64,000 nucleotides of DNA from Octopus sinensis. Its lineage: Eukaryota. Shown piece after piece: positions 1 through 12,661 of the stretch. Within the stretch, counting starts at the first letter, position 1; the number at the start of each line of letters is the position of its first letter. The DNA is taken from positions 15,996,001 through 16,060,000 of the forward strand of contig NC_043016.1 in NCBI RefSeq assembly GCF_006345805.1, in the 5' to 3' direction. Position numbers and translations under genes: made by a program. The notes beneath the pieces were generated by a model. It saw only the letters and a list, made by a program, of their open reading frames with translations, ran no database searches and was not told the DNA's origin.

Positions 1-136
1 TTTAACTTACCCTGGTCACATAAAAAGGGCCGGATAATAATAATAAGAAGAAGAATAAATTAAACAAATAAAAAGAAAAGGAAAGTTAAAGATAGTGAAA
101 CAATGAAAGATCTTGTATGTTATTATTAGGACTTAC

Positions 137-381
137 CGGAAAGGCCGTGACACAGACGACCGATGTGCTTTGCAATAATGGGTAGTGTGTGGTCCTTTGA
201 ATACAGACATTGTTCATAGAACCTAATAACTAAAGGAATGATTGTGTTTGAACATGTATCGTCATCCAAAAGACTTAAAATATTCACAACGGTTTCAAGA
301 CCCATCATACGGACATAGACTTCTTCATCATTAGTTAACTCAACCAGTTCAGGAAGAATAGCATTCTTTGTTGCTTCAAGA
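137..381 (-). CDS. PPP4R4: PPP4R4 coding exon, 245 nt; gene continues beyond the left edge of the window
   Basis: tttttgcag acceptor, G|gtaagt donor. Reads LEATKNAILPELVELTNDEEVYVRMMGLETVVNILSLLDDDTCSNTIIPLVIRFYEQ...IGRLCHGLS, matching recalled human TELTKSVVLPELIELSRDEGSSVRLAAFETLVNLL...LGKLCHGLY. Phase fits the previous exon (GG|T). Confidence 0.93.
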
Positions 382-789
382 CTGCAAAAAAAAAAGAAAA
401 AGGAAAAATATAAAACCTATTTTGGTAATAATGATGTTGGTGTGTAAGGAAAGGATTTCATTCATTTGCTTCATGTGTTTTTCTAGGCTAGTATGGGTTA
501 GAGGAGTATTATCAAAGCATCGTTTTAAAACTGGATGCCCTGTCTGACACTCACCCTTTCCTGTTTTACAAGTAAGGCAGATTTTATTCCACTTGTGTTC
601 AAAAACACAAAAAAGCCACATGACAAGTTGTGGGCAGGGAACAACATCCCCACCTGGAGCTCATTCAAGAATGAGCCCAATGTAGATATCAAAACACACT
701 GGTAATACTGGGATTTAAGACATCTTTCCTTTTTTTTTTATATTCACAAAATTTTTGAAAAAAAAAGACAAAAATTTCCAGCAACTTAC

Positions 790-897
790 CCCAAACCCCT
801 TGCAACAGGATTGAGTTGCTTACACATACAACCACGGACTTCATAATCAACATCTTGACACAATGACTGGACAATTGGCAATATTTCTTTTTTAATT
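790..897 (-). CDS. PPP4R4: PPP4R4 coding exon, 108 nt
   Basis: tatttcag acceptor, gtaagt donor. IKKEILPIVQSLCQDVDYEVRGCMCKQLNPVARGLG versus recalled human IKREILPLVKSLCQDVEYEVRSCMCRQLENIAQGIG. Confidence 0.95.
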
Positions 898-1430
898 CTG
901 AAATACAGAAGCAAAATATTTCGTTAGTAAGAAAGAAATTATTTAAAAACATTTATAAATGAAGGCTATAGAGATAAAAGTTCACAAAATGGATAAACCT
1001 TTTCATACGGACCCACTTGAGACTGCCTCTGCTTCTATGATACCAATTTCTTTGTTTTAAGCCAGGGGTCTCCTAAGTGGTCAATGGTACTATTCAAGGG
1101 GATTGATAAATGCCTGGAAACTGCACATCTACTTAAATATTATTATTATTATTATTATTTATTTGTTTGTTTATTTTCTTGTACATGCCAGGGGATCAAT
1201 GAGGGGTTGATGGTCTAAAAAGTTTAAAACTGATCTAAAATAAAGGGTTAGGCTCCTTGTACTAACGACAGATCAAACCAAACCATTAATTAAAAACAAG
1301 AACAATAGTGGAAGTCTGATTTAATGAAGATCTGGCTGCCATTTCTAGTATACTGAACGACCATGTTGATTTGTTTTTGACTTTATTACAAGACTCAGCA
1401 TTTTTACATTCCAAAATAGTAAATACTTAC

Positions 1431-1537
1431 ACAAATGGGTCAAACTTAGTGGCTATTTTCCCTAATATTTGACAACACGACAGCCTGGCTTGTACTGACT
1501 GGGATAACTGACCCTTTGCCACAGCAGCTGTTAAGAT
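1431..1537 (-). CDS. PPP4R4: PPP4R4 coding exon, 107 nt
   Basis: ccccttttcag acceptor, gtaagt donor. ILTAAVAKGQLSQSVQARLSCCQILGKIATKFDPF versus recalled human ILNPLVSKAQLSQTVQSRLVSCKILGKLTNKFDAH. Confidence 0.93.
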
Positions 1538-1703
1538 CTGAAAAGGGGGGAAATTAGTATTTATTACAAAGTAAAACATTCATTGCTTTATAAGAAACAT
1601 TAAATGTTAGAAAAATAAACATATTCCTTGTGGGTCTCATTTATTTTCTGTCTTTTAATGATTTGCAACAAAGACATGTACACTCCAACACACACACACA
1701 CAT

Positions 1704-2000
1704 ACCATCATCATCATCATCATCATTTAGCATCTGCCTTCCATGCTGGCATGGGTTGGACAGCTTTACAGGAGCCAGCCAGGTAGAAGACTACACCAGG
1801 CTACTGTGTCTGTTTTGGCAGGGTTTTTATGGCTGGATGCTCTTCCTAACACCAAATGCTTTTTACATGGCAACAGCACAGGTGAGGTCTGTTTTGGCAG
1901 GGTTTTTACAGCTGGATGCCCTTCCAAATGCCAACCACTTCACAGTGTGTTCTGGATGTTTTTTTACGAGTCACCAAGTAACTTGCAAGACAAGGAATTT
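1704..2000 (-). repeat. RTE-tail short repeat with (CAT)n tail; other copies at ~3755-3830, 10170-10320, 16660-16775, 20835-21010, 31590-31755, 33690-33870, 37040-37120
   Basis: Recurrent catcatcat..ttaacgtcc..ttccatgctggcatgggttggac...ctggatgcccttcc motif, identical in kind to the RTE 3' end at 40410. Confidence 0.8.
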
Positions 2001-2202
2001 TGAGAGGGGAGGGGGGAATTGGAGGAGGGAATCAAGTGTCAGATGATAAAAGGTTAGAGTGTGACGGAGACAAACAAGTGTCTTGCTATAGAGGAGGTAC
2101 ATGGTACCTGGCCAGAATGAGAGGAAGGGAGAAGAAAAGAGAGAGAGAGAGCGAGAGAGAACAAGAAAGAGGACTGAAATAGGTATGCTGATATAAAAGA
2201 GA

Positions 2203-2264
<62 letters not shown>

Positions 2265-3183
2265 CACAGAGTAAATACTTCACTCAGGGATGGATTAGTC
2301 ATTAAACAGAATAGCATGTGTTCAGGGTATCAAGGGAAGGAGGGGGGCACCACAGAAATGATAAATGGTTTACAGCACAAAAAGGAAAAACAAAGTCTTT
2401 AAATCTGCTAAAATAAGATTTGAAGTAATTTACATGACTGGAAATATAATTTTGAAGTGTTCATGGTGTCATAGTGAAATTCTGATCAAAGGAAATAGGA
2501 GAAAACTTTTCAAATAAAGTGGAAAAATACAAAAATAAACATTAATTTCCTTTCTTACTGTTAGTTTTGTGTTTTGATTTTGAAAATAAAATTTATTTAA
2601 TGGTTTACTATTGTTTATATTTTGAATTATATATATATGGTAGCACCAAAATCTTCTAAGTGCTTAGGGCCTCTATGGATCTTAATCCAATCTTGACCTC
2701 ACTTTACAAGATCCTGGGTTTATTTTTCAAGCACAAGATCCAAATTTTGTACAAAGTGCCAAAGTTTCTACTACCATAACCAATGCTTGTGGTACTGAGA
2801 AAATTATAGAGAGCAACCAAAAGCTTCCTCTAAGCAAACAACTCTAGACTTGTTTTTAAAAAGAAATCTACAAGTCTGTCTATGAGTGCTTGTGAATAGG
2901 CAAACACATCTAGAAGTCTAGTACGAGTGAAAGTGATTCAGAAAACAATTATAATTTATTTTTATTATAAATGATCTTGACATTTTTTTTTGCTTTACAT
3001 AAAATATTCTTTACATTCTACTGTTGTTTCATTGCCATTTATTTATGAGTATTATGAATTTCATGGGTAAAATATTTTTCTGGGAACTAATATACATGCT
3101 ATAACATTGCTACTATGGGAAATTATTGCTCTGCTTTATGAGCAGTCTCCAGGGACAAATTAACTCGTATATCAAGACATTAC

Positions 3184-3222
<39 letters not shown>

Positions 3223-3454
3223 TGTGTGTGTGTGTGTGTATATGTAGAAAAACACAAACTGGGACAAGAACGTGAAACATTTAGAAGACGATACAAAAAA
3301 CACAGACGGGACATTCGAAGCCTTCAATCTTCAGTCAAGAACCAGATCATCTTCGCAATTTCGGCTGATTAATATATATATATTACAATTAATTTATATC
3401 CATTGAATCTCTCCATTTTTAAACTAATAATATTTAATATTTTATCATATATTC

Positions 3455-3744
3455 ATTGATGTTTTTGAAAACTTTGTGTAGGCTTCTGAGCAGGCATCAC
3501 CAAGCTTTTGGCAAAATTTGATGGAGATTCTCTGCTCAACTTTCTCTGCCATGGTCAATAAAATGATCACACTACACACCTTCCTTCCAAGCACTGCTTA
3601 AACAACAGAAGTGATCTAGAACATTAAAACTTAGTGTGCATGCACAGCAGAGTTCGAGGTCAATCTGTGCCAAGCAGCTTGACTCTCTGTGCTGTGCTTT
3701 GTTACTATGGCAACAATCTGGATACTTATTGATCAGACCATGTA
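3455..3744 (-). mobile_element. Mariner 5' remnant (TIR plus start of transposase)
   Basis: TIR-like tacatggtctgatcaataagtatccag. ATG at 3552 gives MAEKVEQRISIKFCQKLGDACSEAY, typical of a mariner N-terminus. An RTE tail is inserted next to it. Confidence 0.65.
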
Positions 3745-4121
3745 TACGGGTGGTGCAGCACCCCGACTTGTCAGTCTGGTCGAACCATCCAACCCATGCC
3801 AGCATGGATAATGGATGATAGATGATGATAATATATATATATATATATATAGGGAGAGAGAGAGAGGGGAAAGGAACTTGTGTGTCTAAAGAAATGAGTT
3901 TGCAACACAGTTATGAATATTAAAGGATTAACTAAACCTTAAAGGATAAATGTTGAATAAATTGGTGTATGTTTGTTATGTATGGTGTGTGTGTGTGTGT
4001 GGTGTATGTATACACACACACACACACACAATATTATGAATGTTACAGAATCAAGCAGTTGATATTTGCAACTTATATGTATTTAAAGAGAATAATACTT
4101 CATGTTAGATATACATTACTA

Positions 4122-4152
<31 letters not shown>

Positions 4153-4277
4153 CGTTAATTTTCAGGGGAATAGTCAATATTAAAAAACAAGACAAAGCAA
4201 GAAAAATAAAAATGAAGTAAAAGGTTTTGTGTTGGGATGCTTTGGTAATTTTAATTAAAAAAAATTAATATACTTAC

Positions 4278-4350
4278 TTCTTTTGGATAACTGTTTTAGG
4301 TAATAGATCAATAACATCAAGTAAGGTTCCAAGCCATGCACTCGATATGT
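4278..4350 (-). CDS. PPP4R4: PPP4R4 coding exon, 73 nt as given; apparently 1 nt short
   Basis: gttttcaag acceptor, gtaagt donor. (D)ISSAWLGTLLDVIDLLPKTVIQK versus recalled human VSNAWLETLLSVIEVLPKETLRHE. Ends in phase 2, whereas the next exon starts in phase 0. Confidence 0.88.
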
Positions 4351-6268
4351 CTTGAAAACAATAAAAGCATACACATATATGTAGATATAAATATATATAT
4401 ATATATATGGTAATGTAATATAACAATAATAGAATAGAATATATTTTATATAGTGCAAGCTTTATCTGGAATAGGACTTAATACGCTAAGTTGAGAGGAC
4501 ATATTTATCACCCACTTCCTCATATTTCACACACTATCCATCCTGATACACCTAACTTTAACCAAGCCCTGTATGAACACCAGTTCCATCTCTGGTCTTC
4601 ACAGTTGTGAATAGCATTTATTCAAAATAGGCTGTCAACTTTGATAGTGAGAGTGTTGTGTGTGTGTGTGTGTGTGTGTCTGTAATTTCAGAGTCTGAGC
4701 CAATAATAATTCATTTTACAATAAAAATCCGTTCCCACAATCATTATCTTTTCCTATATCCAGTTTTAAAAATTTAAAGGGAATCAATACCATTCAGTTA
4801 TTCAACACCCATTTTAGATTTTTTCATGGTTTGGACAGGGATTAATCTTGAGGCAGAATTTTACAACTGAATGTTCTTTTTATCACTGACCCCAACCTGT
4901 TTTTCAGGTAAAGGATTTTTATACATACCACATGTCACCCACTCATAATGTCACCATGTAATGACTACAACATGGGGTATCAACAGTCTTATTCACATGC
5001 ACATACATGATGGTGCAATATGGTTTCTGTCCACCAGATTCATTCATAAAGCATTGCTCAGCTGAGAGTAAAAGATATTTGCCCAAAGTGCCATTTAGTG
5101 CAACTGAACCTAAATGCATTTGGTTGAGAAGCAAAATTATTAACCACATTGCCACAAATATAACACTGGTTCCTGCTTTTCGGTCTTGCAACATCACATC
5201 TGTGAAATTCCATATTTCTAAGATTTAACCAAACCATTTCAGCTCCAAAATTACAGAGATGAATTGTTAATGTTAATATGATTACAGATGCTTGAATAAT
5301 TAATCTCATTTTTAGAGTCAAAAGATTTTTTCACAATATAATTTACATATATAACATGTTTTCATTTCCGGTTGCCATGAAGTGACTCGTTCTTAGATAT
5401 GTTCATAACATCAGACAAAATTTGAATTGAGAAACTTTATTTGAAAACTAAGAGAAATAATGTTATTATCCACCAAGCTATTTATACATGTGAAGTGTAA
5501 ATGCCTCTGTCCAGAACCTAAGGTTCCATATTCAGATATAGTTAGGTACTGCACACACACGCACGCACACATCTGGAATTGAAATGACTGAGACAAAGGG
5601 AAGATGAACATTTTGAAGCATGATTCATTCCTGGAGAAAACTTGTAGTTTTAGGGCATTTTGTCCAAAGTTATCTTTAGTCTACCTCTACTGCGTACTGT
5701 ACTTTCAGCTCATTTTGTTTTAAGCATACATCGTCTCCTCCCGTTATATGTCCATACATATATGCAGTGACTCTAAAATGGTGTACTATTGTGACCACAC
5801 TAATGCACCACAAACAATACCTAAGTGTAGAGCATGCACAGCTGTCACTTGTGAGCAACTATGAATTAGCAGAAAACACTATACTTTCGCTAGTTGTTTA
5901 TTAGGTGCTGCTAAATGAGAACAAACACAGATGATGCTCATTTGGCCTTCCACCTGATGTGACAACTAAAGGGGACAGGGTAGCTGCAACCCTTATCATA
6001 CTGTACATTCCAGCAGGAGCAATGCAGAATGAAATGTCTTGGTTCAAGGATACAAATCATTTCAGAAAATCTCATCTTGAAGTCCAGGTTATTCATAATT
6101 TTGTTTTACAAGTAGGATTAACAATACAAATTAAGCAAAAGTTTAGAAAATTTCTAAAATCTTAACCTTACGAAGTCTATCAGTAGTATTTACATTTCCA
6201 AGCAAAGAACAATAATAATACTTTGTTTATTTCTACTGTACAATGACGTCAAAAAGATGGAGAACCAC

Positions 6269-6341
6269 AGAGCTTTGGCACAATGGATAATGCATCTGAC
6301 TACAAATCAGAAGAGTCTGGGTTCAACCCCTGGCAAGATCA
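6269..6341 (+). pseudogene. tRNA-Arg(ACG) pseudogene or tRNA-derived repeat; anticodon decayed to ACA
   Basis: 73-nt colinear match to the recalled tRNA-Arg-ACG sequence (TGGCGCAATGGATAACGCGTCTGACTACGGATCAGAAGATTCCAGGTTCGACTCCTGGCAGGATCG), with CG changed to CA/TG. A T7 run at 6347-6353 resembles a Pol III terminator. Confidence 0.8.
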
Positions 6342-6992
6342 AATTCTTTTTTTGTTGTTGTACACCTGAGCGCCGTATATAATAATCTCATTATTATTCT
6401 TTTAATGCCTGCTTTCACAAGACATCTTGTATTCAAAGGTTTTGTATCTCTTGTACTCAACAGACTATAATTCATTCCCATTCTTTAACATTTTTTAATT
6501 TTTATTTTTACAGCTTTGTCTGGGAAGGCATAATTTTTTTCAGGATCTCTGAGGCTGGTGGAAGGAAGGGATTCAGTTATCCCTAAACCAGGAATCTGAA
6601 CAAATGCAGGCTCTCTACATTAACTACTGTATAACATTTCAATTATTACACAAGTTACACACCAAAGAACTTTAATTCAAACAATGTGAATATTCCAATA
6701 TTTATATTGGAAATGGTGTGAAGATATAGGAGAAGCAATGTATCAATGAATTAACCATATTTATTACCCACTGTCCCTGGTTCTCAATGGATGATTGTCC
6801 ATTTAAAAAATTCAAATTAGAACTTTCCATCAATATTTTAAGTAATACCATTTCACTAACCTCTTCTGTTGAAAGACAATGTTTGTTTCAATTAATTTTG
6901 AAAATAAAGAATTTAGTAAAATAACTGTCTTGATTAAGCTGGTGCTTGGAACAAATTAACATAAAATTTTGCTGGATGGTTTTTAGATGACT

Positions 6993-7210
6993 TTAACCCT
7001 TTAGCATTTAAACTGGCCATATCTGATCCAAATATTCTACCTGTTTTATATTTAAACCATCCACATCCAGCCTCTTACACCAACCCTACAATGTCATTTG
7101 AAAAATAAACAGTTACATCTTCAAAATCCAAAAGCTATGAGATAAAGCATGATTAATTCAAAGCAACGTGGATAAACAAGCATTACATTTGAAAGAGTAA
7201 TGTTAAAGGG
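6993..7210 (+). mobile_element. piggyBac-like (TTAA-CCC) MITE; related copies at ~8170-8326 (-), ~11450-11750 (+), ~45270-45410 (-)
   Basis: TTAACCCTTTAGCATTT start and TAATGTTAAAGGG end. Copies share ctggccagatctggcctc...cacc..ccctacaatgtcatt. Confidence 0.6.
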
Positions 7211-9289
7211 AAATTTGTGTTGAACTAAAGAGTGGTCTCAAGTAGGTTGGTATAAAAGGGGTAAGTCATATTTCAAATACTAGTTTAATAATGAAAAATT
7301 TAGTCAATTCATTAAGTTCTTCCAAATAGTGTTGATTACTTTTAAAATAAAATATCAGTAGTGTATTTCAAGAAAAAATATGGCTACAAAAATTAAAAGT
7401 GAAAAGCACCGTTTTGTAAACTGGACATTTATAGAAATTTGGAAATTGATCTGATACAGGAATTCAATTTCTTCCCAGAAGAACATTATAGTATTGGCAA
7501 ATGACCTTCCCAATGTACAACATTATAATATTGTCTTAGATATAATTAGATTCACTGAGAAATTTAATGTTATTTATTTACATAGACTTGGAAACTAATC
7601 ATAGCTACCTAATCTCTTTCCATAAAAGCATTCACAGCTTTACAACAATTGTATTATATATATAATTAGGTATATTGAGAAATCTATATAATAAGATATT
7701 TCTACTGTAGGATCAATGTTTTCCCATCAGTATCTGCCATAAGTGATTACTCTGCATGGTCACAATGCCTGTTAGAAAGACCAGTTGAGTCTCCCTCAAA
7801 TCATGCTCCACCATCTAAAGGATGGAAGGAAATGTACAACAAAGATAATGTAGCCCTGAGACCATTTTACCTTAAGAAAAGATGGGATAGTCATGGCTGG
7901 AACAACTTTGATCATAAGTCTACATAAGGTCTAGCCTTGTGCTACATAAACACATGAAATCTGATAAGTCAATGTGAAGGAGACACCCATAAGTAGTTAT
8001 ATCAGATTCCTGGATATTTTTATGGAGTATCCACACCCAGAGACTCTTCTGAATCACTACAGAAGCGGTTTAACTGTTGCCTTCCTCTAAAGTTTGGCAT
8101 TTTTCTTTCAGGATTAATAAGAACTTATTTAACTCTTTTGGGCTATTCTTTTTGCTTTGAATTAATCCTTGCACCATCTTGTAATTTCAAGATTTCAACG
8201 ATGTGATTGTATATTTTTCGAATGACATTGTAGGGGAGGTGTGGAGGTCAGATCTGGCCAGTTTGGACATAAAACAGGTAGAATATTTGGGTTGGATATG
8301 GCTGGTTTAAATGCTAAAGGGTCAAGGTTAGGTGGACTGAGCCATTTTGGGGTTTAAGAATTCTAGCTTCTGCTGTAAACAATTCCATCTGAGGAACTCA
8401 CATACAGCAAGATGTAGTAGGATTTGATCTGTGATCTCTCAGTGGGAGGTCTGCTATTCTATCCATTACAACATCTTTGGTACCACATATGGCAAGACTT
8501 ATAAGATTGTCAGGAGGTATGTGTAATAATTATAAAAGGACTGCTGTGGACAGGACTTGAACTGTAACCTCTCAGATGTCCACTACTCACAAGGTCATTT
8601 GTGGCCTGATCCCATTCTATGGACTTTCACCATTTCTGTCTGTCAAATATCACTGCCAAGTTTTGGTTGAGCTAAGGCAATGGTAGAAGACAACTGGTAC
8701 AAAGTACCATGTGGTGTAATTGAACCTAGAACCACATAGTTATGAAGCAAACTTCTTCTTCACACAAACATGGCTACCAATGACTACATTTGTTGGATCT
8801 CCATTGCTCTAAAATGCAAAAATATGAAAAATAATGAGGACGACTGAGATGGAATCATCTCACCATAGTTCTTTGCTTCCTCATCTTTCACTGACACCCT
8901 GCCATACACAACTTTACAAATGATGCAAACCAAGTCTTTATCTTATAACATGCCTCTTTGAGGCATGTTTGGATCTTTGGTACTTAGAATCAACTGGAGA
9001 GTTTCTATTAACACTTTTAAAACTTATCTTAAAAACAGCAGGTCTTGGAAAAATTCCAATGTTGGGTAATTACTCATGTCCTAGTAATAGCAATGCAAGA
9101 AGATACAACAGTAAATTTTATGATGCTCCCACTGCCGACAGTGATGATTCCACTGTGGTACCAAGTTACAGAAATGTGGTTTTTGTTTTTTAATTAGTTG
9201 CTTCATTCTTTGGACTGTGGCCATGTGTAATAATTACAAAGGTATGTCTTTATAAAGTGCATAATGAAGGTATTTTTTCTTTAATTTAC

Positions 9290-9437
9290 CTGGATTCTTG
9301 TTATCGATGCTAGTAAGAATGGTTTGTAAAAACGTTTGTGCATAGTTCTGTACTGCAACTTGTTCTTTCTGTAATATTTGGAGAAATGCTGTCGATGCAG
9401 CCCGTTGTATGTCTGCTTGGGCATAGTTCAAAACCTC
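9290..9437 (-). CDS. PPP4R4: PPP4R4 coding exon, 148 nt
   Basis: ttttcttaattag acceptor, G|gtaaat donor. EVLNYAQADIQRAASTAFLQILQKEQVAVQNYAQTFLQTILTSIDNKNP versus recalled human EALHVAGVEMQLTAAMSFLTILQDESVSIHAYTHSFLQVILLHLEHRDT. Confidence 0.92.
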
Positions 9438-12185
9438 CTAATTAAGAAAAAGAAAACCAATTAATTAAAATAAACATACATTGCTTATAAAGCAAAAGTT
9501 GGTGTTGTTTAAATCAAATTATCCAACTTTCAACAAAACTGTAAAACACGTGCATTGAAGCTGATTTATCATCAAGTACAAAGCTTAATTTTGGTACTTT
9601 GATGATTGGCTGAATTTAAAACTAATACAAAATTTTGCTGTTGTAATTAAACAAGAGCAGAACAACATATTTCATCATCATTACTTTCTGACACCAGTAG
9701 TCTTTCTCACTAACCCACTTGACATCCATCTTTCTTTCTTAATACTCTCCTTCTCCACTATCATTTTACATTGATCTCCCTTCTGTCCAAACAAATTATT
9801 TTCCCCTTTCTCTTATCTATCCACTCACCCTTCATGTTCTGCCTCCACTCACCCCTATTCACCAATTCATCGCTAATTTTTTTTTTATTTCTTTCTACCT
9901 CCAATTACTCTCCTTTTTCTTGTCACCTAGTATACTGTACCCCTACTGTACCCCAACGCAGATCTTAGCATTGCAAGCTAACTAGTGCTGGTGAAAAAGA
10001 AAGGAGAAAAAGCAGCACCTAATACACTCTAAAGTGGTTGGTGTTAAGAAAGATGTCCAGCCATAGAAACCATTCCGGAAGAGACAATGGAGAATGATGC
10101 ATTGGACTTATCGAATCCTGTCTAACCATCCATCCCATGCTACCACAGAAGACATCATCATCATCATTTAATATCCCCTTTTTTCCATGTTGGAAAGTTG
10201 AACATGAACTGACAAACCAGGGGGCTGTGCCAAGCTCTAGTGTCTGCTTTGGCAGGGTTTCTACAGCTGGATACCCTTCTCAATGCCAACCAATTCACAG
10301 AATGTACAAAGGGTGCTTTTAACCTGATATGTTAAAAGGTCAGAAAGTACCTACAAAATCAGATTCCTCAATTGAGTGTGGTGTAGTATTATGGGATAAG
10401 AAAGTGTGACAAAGGGGCAGGAAAAGGTGAATGGATGACTTGCCCACCTGGAAAGTGAGAGAGAGACGTGAGGTCAAGTTGCATGGTGAATATGTGAGAG
10501 AGAGAGAGAGAGAGAGAGAGAACAGGATGGAGGGAGAGGAAAAGGTGGGTGAGTGGGTTAGAGTGTGACAGATGATAAGATGTGGGAACTGAAGTGGAAG
10601 CAGTGAATATCAGAGAGGGGAAGTGAAAGAAAGGAGATAGGAACGGGTCAGGGAGGAGTAGGTGACAAGTGTTAGCAGTAGAGAAAAACATGTGTAAAAT
10701 GATGATATTAGGGAGAGAAAGGAAACAGTTGGAGATGTAATATGTTTTTTCTCTTCTTTGCCTCACAACATAATGCCAATGGGTCTTTTGCATTGCACAT
10801 CCTTATGGATGCAGGGACCACAATCCTCCTCAGTTGGTCTACCTTGTTTGGCTAGGCCACTATGTACAGTCTAGATTGCAATTGTTTAAATCAATCCTGG
10901 TACTAAACTGGTGCCTATTGTAACAACTTCAAAAACTTACAGGTAAAGTCAAACCAGTGAAACTTGAACTTACTCAGAAAATGAAAGGCTGAAACTTAAC
11001 ATCAAAAGATATTCTCGTCTGATTCTGCCAATTAATTACCATCTCTTGTAGCCTCTTGGTGATTCTTATTTGAGAAATAGATACGTGAAGTCTCTAACTC
11101 ACTTGACTAAATCTTGGATTTCTAATTTGTTCAATGAAAACAAAAACTCTATACTTGAATATCGACATAGCTCTTGAACTAATCTATCCCCCTCCGTGTA
11201 GTTTTACAATTAGATGAAACAGATGGGTATGTAATTAACAAGCAACACAGCTTTTCGGTCAGTAATTCTGCTGATTATTAATTATCTGGATATTAGATAC
11301 ACACCTGTCAGTTGAAAAAAGAAAACCCCAAAAAACCCTTAATTCTTTAAAAGGAATAGCTGGACTAACAGAGATTACCTATTAAGTTGATTACCAAAAC
11401 TAAATTCAAAATTTGAAAACTAAAATTTTTTTTTTAAAGTCCACCACCTACCTTTAACATTTAAACTGCCAATTTCCAGCCTAAATATTCAACCTGTTTT
11501 AAGTCTAAACTGACCAAATCTGGCCTCACTGGTGCTACTCTACAATCAGCATTTAAATTAGATATTTCTGGCCCAGATATCCGATTAGTTTTATGGTTAA
11601 ACTGGCCAGATCTGGCCTCTTACACTTACTCTACAGTGCCATTCTCAAAATAATGACATCATCAAGATCTCAAAGCTATGAGATTAATTCAAAACAATAT
11701 GAATAAATAAGCATTTTATTTGAACAAGTAATTTAAATGCTACAGTGTTAATGGTCTTCACAAAGATTACAGTAGCAACTGCGAACTTTGCATAGCTTTA
11801 GACTTTGGTAAGGGGAGAAAAAAAAATTCCCATTGGTTACTCATTGGTCACTGCAGGATATGGCAGTATTTGCAAACCAGAAACCTGGTTTTAATTGGAA
11901 TTAACCAAATGAAATCTCTACTTCATGTTTTCTTCTTTATATTGATAGCAATCAGATGAAATCTGACAAATTTGTCTTTGTCTTGAAAACATTAATAAAA
12001 GTATATTTCTTTGTAGAAAGACTAGATTTTATTATGTTACCTAATTGCCTTCTACATTCAGTACTGTCATTTTCCCCCATGCTGTTTCAAACAAGTTTTA
12101 TGAGACACACTAATTTAACAGTAAACGATTTATTGAAATGCTTCACATACACAATTACATAATTTCAGAAAAGTTTTAATCTTAC

Positions 12186-12291
12186 TTGTATTCGAGGCAC
12201 CACTTTTTCTAGACATTCTGTAGAACCAGATTTCAAAAGGTCAGGTAAATTGTTAACTACACTGAGTTGTTGGGATTCATTTCGGGCACAT
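12186..12291 (-). CDS. PPP4R4: PPP4R4 coding exon, 106 nt
   Basis: ttttccag acceptor, gtaaga donor. CARNESQQLSVVNNLPDLLKSGSTECLEKVVPRIQ versus recalled human AGQDVQGTSVIANLPFLMRQNPTETLRRVLPKVR. Phase-0 end fits the next exon. Confidence 0.88.
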
Positions 12292-12424
12292 CTGGAAAAT
12301 AACAGAGATAACAATAAGGATGATATTGTGATGTGTGGTATTTGAGTTGTGGTTTCATCCAATTTTTCCAAGCATGTGATTGGTTGGTTAATCTCAAATG
12401 TCTACGGGATAGTAAATATATATA

Positions 12425-12661
12425 GAGGGTGTTCAAAAAGTCTCTCCGCAGTAAGTGTTTTATTGCAAAATGAATATTTCTAAGATGGTATAAGACTACA
12501 AAAAGAATATATTAGACTTTACCAGACTTTAACAAACTTTATAAGAGGGGTTTAAAGTGTCGTCCTTCATTTTCAATACATAAGTTGACTCTCCTACACA
12601 TGTTTTGAAATACATCTTGGAGAGAAAAAATTCACTGCAGAGAGACTTTTTGAACACCTTA
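12425..12661. mobile_element. Tc1/mariner MITE
   Basis: 26-bp TIRs agggtgttcaaaaagtctctccgcag / ctgcagagagactttttgaacacctt, in TA context. Confidence 0.8.

Noticed and set aside
2054-2317. ORFs rich in YI, CV, HT, SL or poly-L/I/V here and throughout the window
   Set aside because: They are translations of (TA)n, (CA)n, (GA)n and trinucleotide microsatellites.
3315-3335. CUGAAGA...GAAU hammerhead-like motif on the minus strand
   Set aside because: The GAAA box is broken, stem II is poor, and no convincing stem I is present.
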